DNA of 64,000 bases from Candidatus Kerfeldbacteria bacterium RIFCSPLOWO2_02_FULL_42_19 (GTDB lineage Bacteria > Patescibacteriota > Patescibacteriia > HO2-48-17), in contig MHKF01000011.1 in the NCBI GenBank assembly GCA_001818315.1, positions 44,825-108,824 on the forward strand, given 5' to 3'. Position 1 is the stretch's first letter. Every line of letters begins with the position of its first letter. Shown in pieces: positions 51,386 to 61,582 of this stretch. The position numbers and the translations under genes are program-made. Under the pieces are notes generated by a model. It made no database searches. It was not told the origin of the DNA and worked only from the letters and a program-made list of their open reading frames with translations.

Positions 51386-51956
51386 AAAAACGTGATACTG
51401 CGGTTGTTTGAGTGATGAGTGTTGCTTCACGATCTGTATCTTCCGTCGCATACACAATCGTCACCCGTGGTTGAATATTCGGTATCCCCGGTACTCTTGC
51501 CCATGGGCTCGTTGTTGGAGCAATGAAAAATTCGAGTGCATTCAAACGCACGTCACTCGGTGTGATCTTTTCCCAATCGTTTGCGTTTTGACACGTTACC
51601 AACTGTTTGATGATGCACAACTCCAACGCCGCACCGCCTCCATCCCACTGATCTACGCCGCCGCTTTTGCGAAATATTTCCGTTTCTTGTCGTTCATTCT
51701 GCAGAGCGAGAATGTGCTGTGGCTGAATATCCAAATCAAATCCTTGCTGTGTATAAAAATCGTAATCGATAGTTGTAAACTGAATGCGCCTTGTAAGAAA
51801 AGTCAACGCGTACCGTGCATCTTCATCAACACTTTGAAATGCGTTAAACCGCGATTGATTTTTGGTCACAATCATAAATGCATTGGTCGCAAGTAGCATT
51901 GTAACCGCAAAAATCGCAAGTACTATCAGCGCTTCGATGAGGGTAAATCCTCGCAT
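51375..51956 (-). CDS. Type IV minor pilin (prepilin-type N-terminal methylation motif)
   Basis: MRGFTLIEALIVLAIFAVTMLL... (G-F-T-L-I-E class III signal) from ATG (rc) 51954-56. Confidence 0.8.
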   Translation of the reverse strand: MRGFTLIEALIVLAIFAVTMLLATNAFMIVTKNQSRFNAFQSVDEDARYALTFLTRRIQFTTIDYDFYTQQGFDLDIQPQHILALQNERQETEIFRKSGGVDQWDGGGAALELCIIKQLVTCQNANDWEKITPSDVRLNALEFFIAPTTSPWARVPGIPNIQPRVTIVYATEDTDREATLITQTTAVSRFYER

Positions 51957-52039
51957 TCTGGCGTTCCATCGCGACCGATGTATCTTGGCATTTTGCAAGC
52001 GTCCATGAATATTATTTTTTTTATACTGCGTGTCCATAT

Positions 52040-52777
52040 TTATTCATCAACAACTCCCGGCTTCCAATTATACACGCGGTCAACGAGCGTGTACGTTGCT
52101 TCTTCTTGTTCTACTCGGTACCGTACTTGCGATTCTATTTCCACACCAACTTTCTTCACTTGCGCACCCAATCCGTTTTGATTCGCGAGATCAGCGCATA
52201 CTTTGCTACTGTCTTCCAATAATGCTTCGGCATTGTTTTCATCACGACAAATAGGACGTAACGTTACGAGTCTCGCAAAAGGCACTTCCGATGTACCTGG
52301 CGGAAGCGCATCGGCATACTGATGGAGTTGGTCTTGTGTACGAAATACTTGCGTACACGTGTGATCCGTACACGTCGTTATAAAATCATTTGCGTCAAAA
52401 TCAAGACTCCATTGATTATTATCTGCATCAAAAAGTGGAATCGCAGTAAATCCTGCAAGGCCGCCTCCGGGCGCTGCTGGATCAAATAGGTCTTGATCCC
52501 ATGTCACGCCAGGTGTGTTTGCTTCGATCGCGAGCCAATTATTATCACGGATACTCCGCGCGACTTCAATACCTTCCCGCGCAAGGTTCGTTGCGATGAG
52601 TTCGTTTTGACTTACGTTACCCGCCTTTGTGCTCGTTATCACCAATGCGATGGTACCGATAATACCGACGGTAATAACACCAATAGCGATAATGACTTCC
52701 AAAAGCGTCTGCCCTGTTTGCGTTGTGTTCGCTTTTTGCGCTGCAACTTTTGAAAATTTTTTTATATCATGATGCAT
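52040..52777 (-). CDS. Type IV minor pilin (PilV-like)
   Basis: ...TGQTLLEVIIAIGVITVGIIG... prepilin motif; Cys pairs in the C-terminal part. Confidence 0.75.
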   Translation of the reverse strand: MHHDIKKFSKVAAQKANTTQTGQTLLEVIIAIGVITVGIIGTIALVITSTKAGNVSQNELIATNLAREGIEVARSIRDNNWLAIEANTPGVTWDQDLFDPAAPGGGLAGFTAIPLFDADNNQWSLDFDANDFITTCTDHTCTQVFRTQDQLHQYADALPPGTSEVPFARLVTLRPICRDENNAEALLEDSSKVCADLANQNGLGAQVKKVGVEIESQVRYRVEQEEATYTLVDRVYNWKPGVVDE

Positions 52778-52814
52778 TGGACACAGATTTTATTCGACCT
52801 AAAATGATACACGC

Positions 52815-53420
52815 TTATGGACCTGCTTCTACTGTGCCGCTCTGCGTGTTCACATTGACTGTTTTTTGTCGACCTGTCGCTGCGCTTTGCAATTTCGTTT
52901 GCATACTTAATTGCGGATCGCCTTCTCCATTGGTAATACTTGCAATCGCGTCGCCGGTTGTAAAAAATATATTACACGCACAAGGCGCTTGCGGCGTACA
53001 GCTTCCCGGAGGTGGCAGTCCTTGCGCTTCACAACTTTCGAGCGTAATCGCTGTTTTCATTGGAACAGTCTGTATAATTGTATCCGATACATTGTATATT
53101 ACTCTTTCTTCGGTCGTCGCAAAAATAAGAGCTTGCGTTCCGGCTGGATATTCGTAGACGACTCCGTATCCGTAAGGTAACACATCGAGACTGCCAGGAA
53201 CTGTTCCAGTAAGCGCCGAATTTTGTGCACTCCGAACGATTTGAATGAATTCTTTTTGCGCTTGTGTGAGATTTTGCGCGCTGTTTCCATACTTGTAGTT
53301 GGCGAAGATGATCGCTGAGAGCATCGCAAACACACCGAGGCTGATGAGTACCTCTATGAGGGTATAACCAAAGTTTCTTTTTATGAACTGCATGATTTTC
53401 TGATTTATGACTTCCTTCAC
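52815..53420 (-). CDS. Type IV minor pilin (FimT/GspH-like)
   Basis: ...RNFGYTLIEVLISLGVFAMLSAIIF... prepilin motif. Confidence 0.75.
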   Translation of the reverse strand: MKEVINQKIMQFIKRNFGYTLIEVLISLGVFAMLSAIIFANYKYGNSAQNLTQAQKEFIQIVRSAQNSALTGTVPGSLDVLPYGYGVVYEYPAGTQALIFATTEERVIYNVSDTIIQTVPMKTAITLESCEAQGLPPPGSCTPQAPCACNIFFTTGDAIASITNGEGDPQLSMQTKLQSAATGRQKTVNVNTQSGTVEAGP

Positions 53421-53421
53421 T

Positions 53422-54183
53422 CTAAAAATACCACGTGTTGAAGATTTTGAGTATGCTGTCGCCGTAAAGAATCATGAGAATTCCGGACGCACTTAAAAAT
53501 GTTCCGAAAGGAATGTGATCCTTGCGTGTTTTTTTTCCGACAACGAGGAGTAGCATTGCAATTACGGCGCCAACAACATAGGCGATCAACAGCGCAAGAA
53601 TCGTTTGCTGCCACCCAAGAGTTGCGCCGAGTAAAGCCCCGAGGCGAATATCCCCTCCTCCAATCCACGTGCCTCGTGAAAGAAAAAATTGCAAAAGGAA
53701 AATTCCAGCTCCTATCGCAATGCCAAGAAGAAGTGATGTGACGTTTTTTCCTAACAGCAAATTACCAAGAAAAGCAATCAGCAATGCTGGCACTGTCACA
53801 CGATCTAAAATCAGATAGTATCGCAAATCCGTAAGAAAAATAACAAAAAAGAAAGCAAACATCACAAGCGCAAAAATAAGTTCTGGAGTGAACTGAAAAT
53901 AAAAAAACGCTCCTGCAAAAAGTATGCCACACACAAGCTCTGTGAATGGATAACTCAAACTGATCCGACGCTGACATTTTCGGCATTTTCCTTGCTGCAA
54001 GACAAAACTTACAAACGGAATGAGCTCATACCATGCGAGTGTTTTTTCGCAATGCGGACAGCGCGATCGTGCTTGTATCCACGAAATTTTCTTCGGGAGG
54101 CGCAAAGCAACCGTATTTAAAAAACTCCCAGCAACGGCGCCGAGAATAAAAAATGCGATGACGAAAAAATTATTGTATTCCAT
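53422..54183 (-). CDS. pilD: Prepilin peptidase (A24 family)
   Basis: N-terminal TM, C-x2-C...C-x2-C zinc site (CPHCEKTLAWYELIP...CRKCQRRIS), aspartyl protease TM core; 253 aa. Confidence 0.9.
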   Translation of the reverse strand: MEYNNFFVIAFFILGAVAGSFLNTVALRLPKKISWIQARSRCPHCEKTLAWYELIPFVSFVLQQGKCRKCQRRISLSYPFTELVCGILFAGAFFYFQFTPELIFALVMFAFFFVIFLTDLRYYLILDRVTVPALLIAFLGNLLLGKNVTSLLLGIAIGAGIFLLQFFLSRGTWIGGGDIRLGALLGATLGWQQTILALLIAYVVGAVIAMLLLVVGKKTRKDHIPFGTFLSASGILMILYGDSILKIFNTWYF

Positions 54184-54649
54184 TGGGTGTGAGCGTGTGT
54201 TCGCCAGCGCCTAGATTTCCGACTCCGCGTTCGAGGGTAAAACGAATCGCGTACGTTGTTTTCGTTGGCACAGTTTGTACGATGTATTCAAAATCACCCG
54301 GATCTTGTATTGCATCAATATTTGGTAAATACTCTTTTAAATTACAGAATTTCACTGGCATACCTTCCTGCTCACACCCAACTGCCGCTGTCAGGTATGA
54401 ATATTCATCCTGAAAAAGCATTTCTAAAGCAGTCTGTACCATCTGTATGTGTGTGACACGTTCCAGATCGCGTGCCATTTGATTGCCCCGACTAAAAAGC
54501 CAAAAATAGGCTATAAATCCAAGAGCAATAATTATCGTGCTTGTTCCGAACCATCTCAAAATTCGTCTTGTATCCCAGAGTACTGGAATTGCGGACTTTG
54601 CTTTGTGAAAATCTTTTTGTGCTTGACGAAAAATATCGAGCTTGAGCAT
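54170..54649 (-). CDS. Hypothetical membrane-anchored protein in pilus locus
   Basis: One TM (TSTIIIALGFIAYFWLF) after a short N-terminus; no prepilin motif. Confidence 0.45.
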   Translation of the reverse strand: MLKLDIFRQAQKDFHKAKSAIPVLWDTRRILRWFGTSTIIIALGFIAYFWLFSRGNQMARDLERVTHIQMVQTALEMLFQDEYSYLTAAVGCEQEGMPVKFCNLKEYLPNIDAIQDPGDFEYIVQTVPTKTTYAIRFTLERGVGNLGAGEHTLTPNGIQ

Positions 54650-54753
54650 TTTTATTTTTTATTTAATTGTTATTGTTGAGCTTCCCGTGAGAGCATTAAA
54701 CAACTTTTTTTACTTGCTTCATTATTTACACTATACCACAATTTTGCAATCTG

Positions 54754-54779
54754 AAAAAGGGCCAAAAAGGCCCTTTTTC
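54754..54779 (-). terminator. Strong intrinsic terminator downstream of pilA
   Basis: AAAAAGGGCC-AAAAA-GGCCCTTTTTC: perfect 5-bp GC stem with T-tract (works on both strands). Confidence 0.75.
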
Positions 54780-54803
54780 TTTGAATATCAGATGCTTGTT
54801 GTG

Positions 54804-55358
54804 TTAATCGTCACCCCTACAAAAACCCCTGGTTGGATTTGCATCGGCACATGCGACTACATTGTTTGCTTCACCTGGTGTACCATCGGAAGAAACTATT
54901 CTAAAATCACCTGCGACGTCGCCCCAGTCTTCTGAGGTTCCGTTTACACCGTAAGTACCATCAAAATCGCTTAGAAGAGCATTATGACCGGCATCCTCCA
55001 ATGTTGACTTTACGACGTATTCTTGTCTGAGCGTAAATGGCGCCACAGAAGTGGGGTTCACAGCGTACACATATTCTTCTTGCGTCGGATTTGGTGGAAC
55101 TGGCAAGGTCTTAATATATGGCGCGAGCGCTGTTTGCAATTCTGCCCACGTTGTAGGTAATGGATATACTCCGGTATTTTCATTGTAAAACAATTCGATC
55201 GCCGTTTCCATTGCGCTAATATCAGACACACGCTTTGTATCACGCGCGCGCTGCTGAGCATTGCGCAAAGATACGACAGCCAACGTCGCGAGCAAACCAA
55301 TAATCGCGATCACGACGAGAAGTTCGATGAGTGTAAAACCTTTTTGATTGTTTTTCAT
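54804..55358 (-). CDS. pilA: Type IV major pilin
   Basis: MKNNQKGFTLIELLVVIAIIGLLATLAVVSL: canonical class III leader plus alpha1 helix. Has both a strong SD and a strong terminator. Confidence 0.9.
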   Translation of the reverse strand: MKNNQKGFTLIELLVVIAIIGLLATLAVVSLRNAQQRARDTKRVSDISAMETAIELFYNENTGVYPLPTTWAELQTALAPYIKTLPVPPNPTQEEYVYAVNPTSVAPFTLRQEYVVKSTLEDAGHNALLSDFDGTYGVNGTSEDWGDVAGDFRIVSSDGTPGEANNVVACADANPTRGFCRGDD

Positions 55359-55363
55359 GTGTT

Positions 55364-55372
55364 CACCTCCTT
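55364..55372 (-). promoter_or_regulatory. Shine-Dalgarno of pilA
   Basis: rc = AAGGAGGTG, 6 nt before the ATG. Confidence 0.6.
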
Positions 55373-55581
55373 CCGTATGAAGATCATTTTACCTAAATGA
55401 GGTCGCGGTATGAAACCGCATTTACTTGGAGTATATCAAGCTTTTGATAAGAAAACAACATGAACATCGAGGCTACACAAGCGCCATTAAAAATATATCC
55501 GCACTGATAATACGCACCTCATCTTCCACAATATCAATATGCGAAGGTTTTACAAGGAGAAAAAGGAAGACCTCCTACAAG

Positions 55582-56790
55582 TTAAAATGCTCCGCTGAGA
55601 TTATACAACGGCAGAAGTATCGCAACGACGAGCGTAAATACACCGAGACCGAGCAAAATAATAATGATCGGTTCCACAAGTCTCACAAGGCCTCGCACGA
55701 GCGCGTCCACTTCTTTTTCGTAAAACTCTGCCATTTTCACTAACACTTGATCGAGTTTTCCGGTTTCTTCGCCAATGCGCATCATCTGACCCACCATGGA
55801 AGGAATTTTTGACGCTTTGTTGATTTCCGTCGCTACAGATTCTCCGCCTGTCACGGCTTGAATCGTTTTACCCAAAACTTTTTGATAAAAAGCGTTATCC
55901 ACGACATCAGCTGTGATTTGTAAAGCTTCTGTGAGCGGCACGCCGCTGGCAAGGAGTGTCGCAAAACTTCTCGAAAAACGCGCAAGATACACTTTGTTAT
56001 AAATATTGCCGAAAATTGGTATCTGGAGCTTCACATAATCAACGACAAGCTTGCCCGCCTTCATTGAAATTGCAACGCGCACACCGAGCAGTGCAAAAAG
56101 AACAAGAAAAATCAATATCCACCAAAAACTTTGAAAAAAGTTGCTGAATCCAATAAAAATGCGCGTTGGAAGCGGCAGCGCTTGACCGGTTTCTTCCAGA
56201 ATCGCCGTGAGTTTTGGAATCACGGAAATCATCATAATAATACCGACCGCGACCATACCCGCAACGACAAACACCGGATAATACATAGCACCCTTCACTT
56301 GATTCAGCACGTCGTAATCTTTTTCCTTTTGATCAGCAAGATACTGCAGCACTTCATCTAATTTTCCGGTTGTCTCTCCCGCGCGAATAATATGCACAAA
56401 AAAACCATCAAAAGCTTCCGGGTGTTTTTCCATCGCTTTCGAAAGTTTCACGCCGTTGTCAACATCCTCGGCGATTTCATTAATCACTGCACGAAATTTT
56501 TTATTCGATGTCTGAGTCGCTAAAATCTTCAACGCTCTTACAATCGGAATATTCGCTTCTATCATTACAGCGAATTGCCGACCAAAAATGACGATATCTT
56601 TTGCGGAGATTCTGTTGAAGACATGCAGTGAAGTTTCCCAAATAGTTCCTTCAATCTTTAACCGGAGAAAAATGACAATCAAACCGCGCTCAATAAGCGC
56701 TTCCTGCGCCGAAGATTCGGAAACAGCTTCCACCGTTCCATGAAAGGTTTCGCCTTCTGCATTTTTAGCTTTGTACGTAAACAACCCCAT
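55582..56790 (-). CDS. pilC: Type IV pilus platform protein PilC (GspF family)
   Basis: Two T2SS-F repeats and 3 TM segments; 402 aa. Confidence 0.9.
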   Translation of the reverse strand: MGLFTYKAKNAEGETFHGTVEAVSESSAQEALIERGLIVIFLRLKIEGTIWETSLHVFNRISAKDIVIFGRQFAVMIEANIPIVRALKILATQTSNKKFRAVINEIAEDVDNGVKLSKAMEKHPEAFDGFFVHIIRAGETTGKLDEVLQYLADQKEKDYDVLNQVKGAMYYPVFVVAGMVAVGIIMMISVIPKLTAILEETGQALPLPTRIFIGFSNFFQSFWWILIFLVLFALLGVRVAISMKAGKLVVDYVKLQIPIFGNIYNKVYLARFSRSFATLLASGVPLTEALQITADVVDNAFYQKVLGKTIQAVTGGESVATEINKASKIPSMVGQMMRIGEETGKLDQVLVKMAEFYEKEVDALVRGLVRLVEPIIIILLGLGVFTLVVAILLPLYNLSGAF

Positions 56791-56799
56791 ACTGACGTT

Positions 56800-57870
56800 T
56801 TAACGAAAGAAGGCGCGGAATGCTTCTTTATTGTGTGCGTGTTCCATCGCCCGCTCGAGCGCTATTTTATGCTGTTGCACAAGTTCCACAAGCGCAAGAT
56901 CGAAGGATTGAATACTCTCTTCCTGCGAAGTCTGAATAATATGTGAGAGTTGATACAGCGATCCTTCTTTGATGAGCGTGCGAGTCATGGAATTTGGAAT
57001 AAAAATTTCCATCGCAAGCTTGAGTCCGCCGTCGACTCCGGGAATGAGTTTCTGTCCGACAATTGCTTCGAGCACACTCGAAAACTTACTCATCATATAC
57101 GTTTTCTTCTCCGATGACAGCATGTTAATAATTCTTTCTATCGCACTAACGGTGTGACTCGCATTCATTGTAGAATACACTAATCTTCCAGACTCAGCTA
57201 CTTCGAGAATCTTTTCGAGCACCTGCTCACCCAACACATCACTCACTACAACAAGTTGCACATCTTCATCCAACACACTCTCGAGCGCTTGACTCCATGT
57301 CGACGCGTCTTTACCCACCTCACGTTGTTCGATAATGCTTTTATTGTCAGCAAAAATGTATTCGACAGGTTGCTCAATCGTAATAATACGCCAAGCCTGC
57401 TGATTGTTGATATGATTCACGAGCGATGCCACGGTTGTCGTTCGACCCGAACCAAAACTCCCTACGTAAAGTACCAGCCCTTGATGAATACCGAGCAAGC
57501 GCTGTGTTATCTGCGTTGGGATCCCAAGTTGATCGGGTGTTGGAATCATGTTATGGATAGAACGAATGGAAGCAGATATATACCCTTGCTGAAAAAAGAA
57601 ATGGATGCGAAAACGTTTCTTGCTTTCAAAATCGAATGTGACTATAAGTTCTTTTTGCTCCTGTAATTTTTGTTTTTGATCTGCCGTTAGTATGGCATCG
57701 GCAATCTCTGTCACAAACTTGGGGGTTACGACTGTCTCCTTGATGGGTATCAACTGTCCATTAACACGAAGCGTCGGGGGGTTACCAACCGAGAGATGTA
57801 AATCACTTGCCCTATACTCTTCCACAGTTGCTAAAAATTTTTTGAGCGATAAAAGTGATGCAGTGTCCAT
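56800..57870 (-). CDS. pilT: PilT-like hexameric ATPase with Walker A Lys-to-Arg substitution
   Basis: ASDLHLSVGNPPTLRVNG N-terminus, GSFGSGRTTT in place of GPTGSGKSTT, His-box HTVSAIERI; 356 aa. Confidence 0.8.
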   Translation of the reverse strand: MDTASLLSLKKFLATVEEYRASDLHLSVGNPPTLRVNGQLIPIKETVVTPKFVTEIADAILTADQKQKLQEQKELIVTFDFESKKRFRIHFFFQQGYISASIRSIHNMIPTPDQLGIPTQITQRLLGIHQGLVLYVGSFGSGRTTTVASLVNHINNQQAWRIITIEQPVEYIFADNKSIIEQREVGKDASTWSQALESVLDEDVQLVVVSDVLGEQVLEKILEVAESGRLVYSTMNASHTVSAIERIINMLSSEKKTYMMSKFSSVLEAIVGQKLIPGVDGGLKLAMEIFIPNSMTRTLIKEGSLYQLSHIIQTSQEESIQSFDLALVELVQQHKIALERAMEHAHNKEAFRAFFR

Positions 57871-57874
57871 ATTC

Positions 57875-58267
57875 TTATGAAATATATTTTTGCACTTTTT
57901 TCATGACTTCGCTTGGAATAAAGTGCGTTTTAATTAAATAATCATTGGCTCCAAGCGCAAAAGCTTTATCCACTGCTTCACGTGTGCTGAGGTTGGTGAG
58001 GATTATAATCGGTGTTTTGCGAAATTTTTTATATTTTTTATCCTTACGAATTTTCGCAAGCACCTCAAAACCGTCCACTTTCGGCATGATGATATCTAAA
58101 AGTATAAGGTCAGGTTCAAATTTTTCCAAAGCTCGCAGACCTTGTGCTCCATCAGTTTTCGCGATCACGTGCAAATTTTCCATCTCAAGTTTTGACTTGT
58201 ACATTTCGCGCAAAAAATCATCATCTTCGACAATGAGAATTTTTTTTCGATCAAATGCAGCAAGCAT
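57875..58267 (-). CDS. Stand-alone response-regulator receiver domain (pilus-locus embedded)
   Basis: KKILIVEDDDFLREMY...LILLDIIMPKVDGFEVL...IIILTNLS...GANDYLIK. Paralogous, at about 50% identity, to the protein at 45007-45384. Confidence 0.85.
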   Translation of the reverse strand: MLAAFDRKKILIVEDDDFLREMYKSKLEMENLHVIAKTDGAQGLRALEKFEPDLILLDIIMPKVDGFEVLAKIRKDKKYKKFRKTPIIILTNLSTREAVDKAFALGANDYLIKTHFIPSEVMKKVQKYIS

Positions 58268-58273
58268 ATATTT

Positions 58274-60025
58274 TTATTCTTTGGTTTTGGCAAGCACTTC
58301 TTCAATCGTCGTGAATCCTGCAAGAGCTTTTAAAATTCCGTCCGTACGCATAGGAATCATACCTTGACGGCTCAACTCTTCCGCAATCTTTTGTCCATCA
58401 TAAATACTTCCGTCGGCAAGCATGTTTTTAAGCGTGGGTGTAACGATCACTACTTCGGCCATCGCTATGCGCCCTTTGTATCCAGTATGTTCGCAACGTG
58501 AACATTTTTTCCCTTGGTAAAACGTTAGTGGACTGTCGTGCGAAAAATTCGCTGGCAAACTTTCCGTCGGTATTTTTTCGATCTCCACCTTCACTTCTGC
58601 TTCCACCTTTGGTGAAATTTTGATTTCTGTTCGGCAGTTTGTACATATCTTTCGCACTAGCCGTTGTGCGATGACGACATTCAGTGATGACGCAATGAGA
58701 AAGGGTTCAACCTTCATATCAATAAGACGCGGGAGTGCCCCCAACGCATCGTTCGTATGGAGTGTTGAAAGTACAATATGTCCCGTAAGACTCGCGTGGA
58801 CTGCGAGTTCCGCGGTTTCATTATCACGTATTTCTCCGACCATAATGACGTCCGGATCTTGTCGCAGAATAGAACGTAATCCATTGGCAAACGTGAGTCC
58901 GATTTCTGGTTTAACTTGGGATTGATTCACTCCAGCGATCGAATACTCAATAGGATCTTCGAGCGTAATAATATTGATGCCCTCATGATTGAGCATGCGA
59001 AGTAAGGTATACAACGTAGTAGATTTTCCGGAACCTGTAGGTCCTGTAACCAGAAACATGCCATTCGGTTTCTGAATATACTCCTTCATCACTTCGAGAT
59101 TTCTTCCTGCGAATCCGAGTCTTTCTAACTCAAATATACTCGCCGTTGTATCCAGAATGCGAATAACAACTTTTTCCTGATCCAAAAGCGGCATAGTAGA
59201 AACACGAAAATCAATCGTGCGTCCATCGAGCAACATTCGGAAACGACCATCTTGTGGAAGGCGTGTTTCATCCAACTTAAGATTCGCAAGCACCTTAATG
59301 CGCGCCACAATCGCCGCATGAACATTTTTTGGCAAAATCAACGACGTGTTCAATTTTCCATCCACACGATACCTTACACGCGTTTCTTCTGCGACTGGCT
59401 CAATGTGGACATCGGATGCTTTCCCTTCGATCGCATGACGCAAAATAACGCTTACTATCTTTGCGACAGGCGCGGTCTTCACGACCGCTTGCGGTTCCTC
59501 TTCCTCTTTAGCGGCAATCTCCGGTGTGTACTGTGCAACATCTGCAGCTGCTGTCTGCATTACTTCCTGTACCTGCTCTTTCATATTGTAGTAGGCGCGC
59601 AGAGCCTCTTCAATCGATGTACGAGACGTAATAAAATAATTGAACTTATATTTGTATTTGCGCGCGAGAAAATCGAGCGCTCCAAGTGCCAAAAAATTCT
59701 GAGGATTTGCGAGTGCAATGCCGAGGTTATCGCCCGAACGTTGAAAAGCCACCATTCTATAATTCCTCGCGATCTCTTCGGGAATCACTTCAAGTACTGT
59801 TCGTTCGATTTGTTTCCCTTTGAGATTAATGTAGGGTACATTAAAAATTTTACTTTTAATTTTAGCGAGAATCTCCTCTTGAACAAAATTTTTTACTTCA
59901 AGCACTTCGAGTACATCGACGTTTCTTTCTACTGCTTCTGCAACAATTTGCTCCCGCTGTTGTTGAGTTAAAAGATTATTTTTAACCAGAATATCAAGTA
60001 TGAGTTGTTTGTCATCTTTCTTCAT
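58274..60025 (-). CDS. pilB: Type IV pilus assembly ATPase PilB (GspE family)
   Basis: N-terminal GSPII_E_N domain, Walker A GPTGSGKSTTLYTLL, tetracysteine (CTNC...CSRC); 583 aa. Confidence 0.93.
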   Translation of the reverse strand: MKKDDKQLILDILVKNNLLTQQQREQIVAEAVERNVDVLEVLEVKNFVQEEILAKIKSKIFNVPYINLKGKQIERTVLEVIPEEIARNYRMVAFQRSGDNLGIALANPQNFLALGALDFLARKYKYKFNYFITSRTSIEEALRAYYNMKEQVQEVMQTAAADVAQYTPEIAAKEEEEPQAVVKTAPVAKIVSVILRHAIEGKASDVHIEPVAEETRVRYRVDGKLNTSLILPKNVHAAIVARIKVLANLKLDETRLPQDGRFRMLLDGRTIDFRVSTMPLLDQEKVVIRILDTTASIFELERLGFAGRNLEVMKEYIQKPNGMFLVTGPTGSGKSTTLYTLLRMLNHEGINIITLEDPIEYSIAGVNQSQVKPEIGLTFANGLRSILRQDPDVIMVGEIRDNETAELAVHASLTGHIVLSTLHTNDALGALPRLIDMKVEPFLIASSLNVVIAQRLVRKICTNCRTEIKISPKVEAEVKVEIEKIPTESLPANFSHDSPLTFYQGKKCSRCEHTGYKGRIAMAEVVIVTPTLKNMLADGSIYDGQKIAEELSRQGMIPMRTDGILKALAGFTTIEEVLAKTKE

Positions 60026-60046
60026 GTCGTGTTGTCACAAAGATCC

Positions 60047-60922
60047 TTAGGGTATAAAAGGATTGGTTTTCCCTGTCACGGAGAAAGCAGTATCTTTCGG
60101 TGATTCATTGCCGCTTGTATCAACAGAAGTAACGGTATAAAAATATTCTTTGCCTGTCTTTAAATTTTTGTCGAAGTATTCGATTTGGGTGAGCTCAGAG
60201 ACAATTTTCTGACCGACTTCCCCGCGCGTATCAGAACGATAGATATTAACGCCGGCAAGATCCTTATCTTTTGGCGCTTTCCAACGTATGATAATACTTG
60301 TATCATCTATATTATTTTTGAGTGTGATATCGCTTGGCGATAATGGAGCATGTGTATCAGTTGGAATACCCGCAACTTGTTCTTCGTTTAATGATTCCAC
60401 AGTTGTAGTTCCTTGCGTCAATGTTGAGCGTAACGTGTAATAATATGTTTGTCCGTTTTCTAATTCCTCATCTAACCATACCGTGTCGCTCGTTGGAACT
60501 TCGGCAATTCGTTCACCAAGCGTTCCTTTTTCGATGGATCGATAGATGCGTACGGCTGTTGGAGTTGGTTGTGGATTTTTCCAGAAAATCTGCAGTGTTT
60601 TTCCATACGCCAGATCGATCACCTGAACCTCTTCCGGAGGCAAAGGCATATTTGAGTCGAGTAATTCTAGAGATTGCTGTTGCGTATATCCTAACACACC
60701 GTGAAATTTGAGATTTGCATATTGTGAATTTTCCAGAATCTTCTCTGCCTCAAAATCTTGTACGACTCTGCTCTGTGTTATGCTTTGAATTTCGGAAGCG
60801 CTGCGACTTAATGTTCGGATGTTTGTAATACTGAGAGTAATCACAGTGATTCCAATCACAATGAAAACTACGGTTATTAAGATGAGGATATTTTTTACAG
60901 ATACAGGTAATTGTGAAGACAT
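60047..60922 (-). CDS. Membrane-anchored protein with two fibronectin type III-like domains
   Basis: N-terminal TM (ILILITVVFIVIGITVITL); two repeats ending in ...GQTYYYTLRST... and ...GKEYFYTVTSVDTSGNES. Confidence 0.6.
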   Translation of the reverse strand: MSSQLPVSVKNILILITVVFIVIGITVITLSITNIRTLSRSASEIQSITQSRVVQDFEAEKILENSQYANLKFHGVLGYTQQQSLELLDSNMPLPPEEVQVIDLAYGKTLQIFWKNPQPTPTAVRIYRSIEKGTLGERIAEVPTSDTVWLDEELENGQTYYYTLRSTLTQGTTTVESLNEEQVAGIPTDTHAPLSPSDITLKNNIDDTSIIIRWKAPKDKDLAGVNIYRSDTRGEVGQKIVSELTQIEYFDKNLKTGKEYFYTVTSVDTSGNESPKDTAFSVTGKTNPFIP

Positions 60923-60933
60923 ACGTTACGAAA

Positions 60934-61578
60934 TTATTCAACGAGGTAATAGGTTGTGAGATTCAAGGCATAACTTTTTGTTCCCTCACGGTATTGGAAT
61001 GCGTGAAGATCCGTAAGACGCATATTACTTTCCAGTTCACTCAAAAAATCCTTGAGCGCTGCGTAGGAATCGATACCTTCGATAGAAAAAGTAACATTCA
61101 CTTGATGAATATCTGTATTTTCTATTGCAAAAGGCGACGCTTCCTCTGAGCTTTGAGACTCTCCTAATGATACTGCATCTCCTTCCTGCATCGCTTGCTC
61201 TTTTGTTTGTGCTTCAGAGACATCAATATTCACAAGACGCAATCCGTTATCTTTTGCAAGTGCTTCGAGTGCCACGAGAAGCTCTGGGACATTATTACCT
61301 ACCGGCAAAACAAATCGTAAATTTTCAAGAGCTTTGTGATTGAGTGCGTTATATTTTTCCTGCAATGTTTTTAATTGTTTCAAATACTCTTGCTTTTCTT
61401 TTAATTCTCCCTGAGAAGACAAGTAATTAAAACCACCGCTTTGTTCAATAGCACGGTACTTTGGACCTAAAAGTAAAAACCAGCCGACAAGTATAAAAAC
61501 AAGGATAGTAAAAATAGTAATAAAAATGTAGTACTGATTGATCATCGCTAAACTTCTTTGTGAAAACGAATTTTTCAT
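60934..61578 (-). CDS. pilO: PilO-like pilus assembly protein
   Basis: Short cytoplasmic N-terminus, TM, coiled-coil (LKEKQEYLKQLKTLQEKYNAL), C-terminal alpha/beta domain. Confidence 0.65.
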   Translation of the reverse strand: MKNSFSQRSLAMINQYYIFITIFTILVFILVGWFLLLGPKYRAIEQSGGFNYLSSQGELKEKQEYLKQLKTLQEKYNALNHKALENLRFVLPVGNNVPELLVALEALAKDNGLRLVNIDVSEAQTKEQAMQEGDAVSLGESQSSEEASPFAIENTDIHQVNVTFSIEGIDSYAALKDFLSELESNMRLTDLHAFQYREGTKSYALNLTTYYLVE

Positions 61579-61582
61579 AGAG

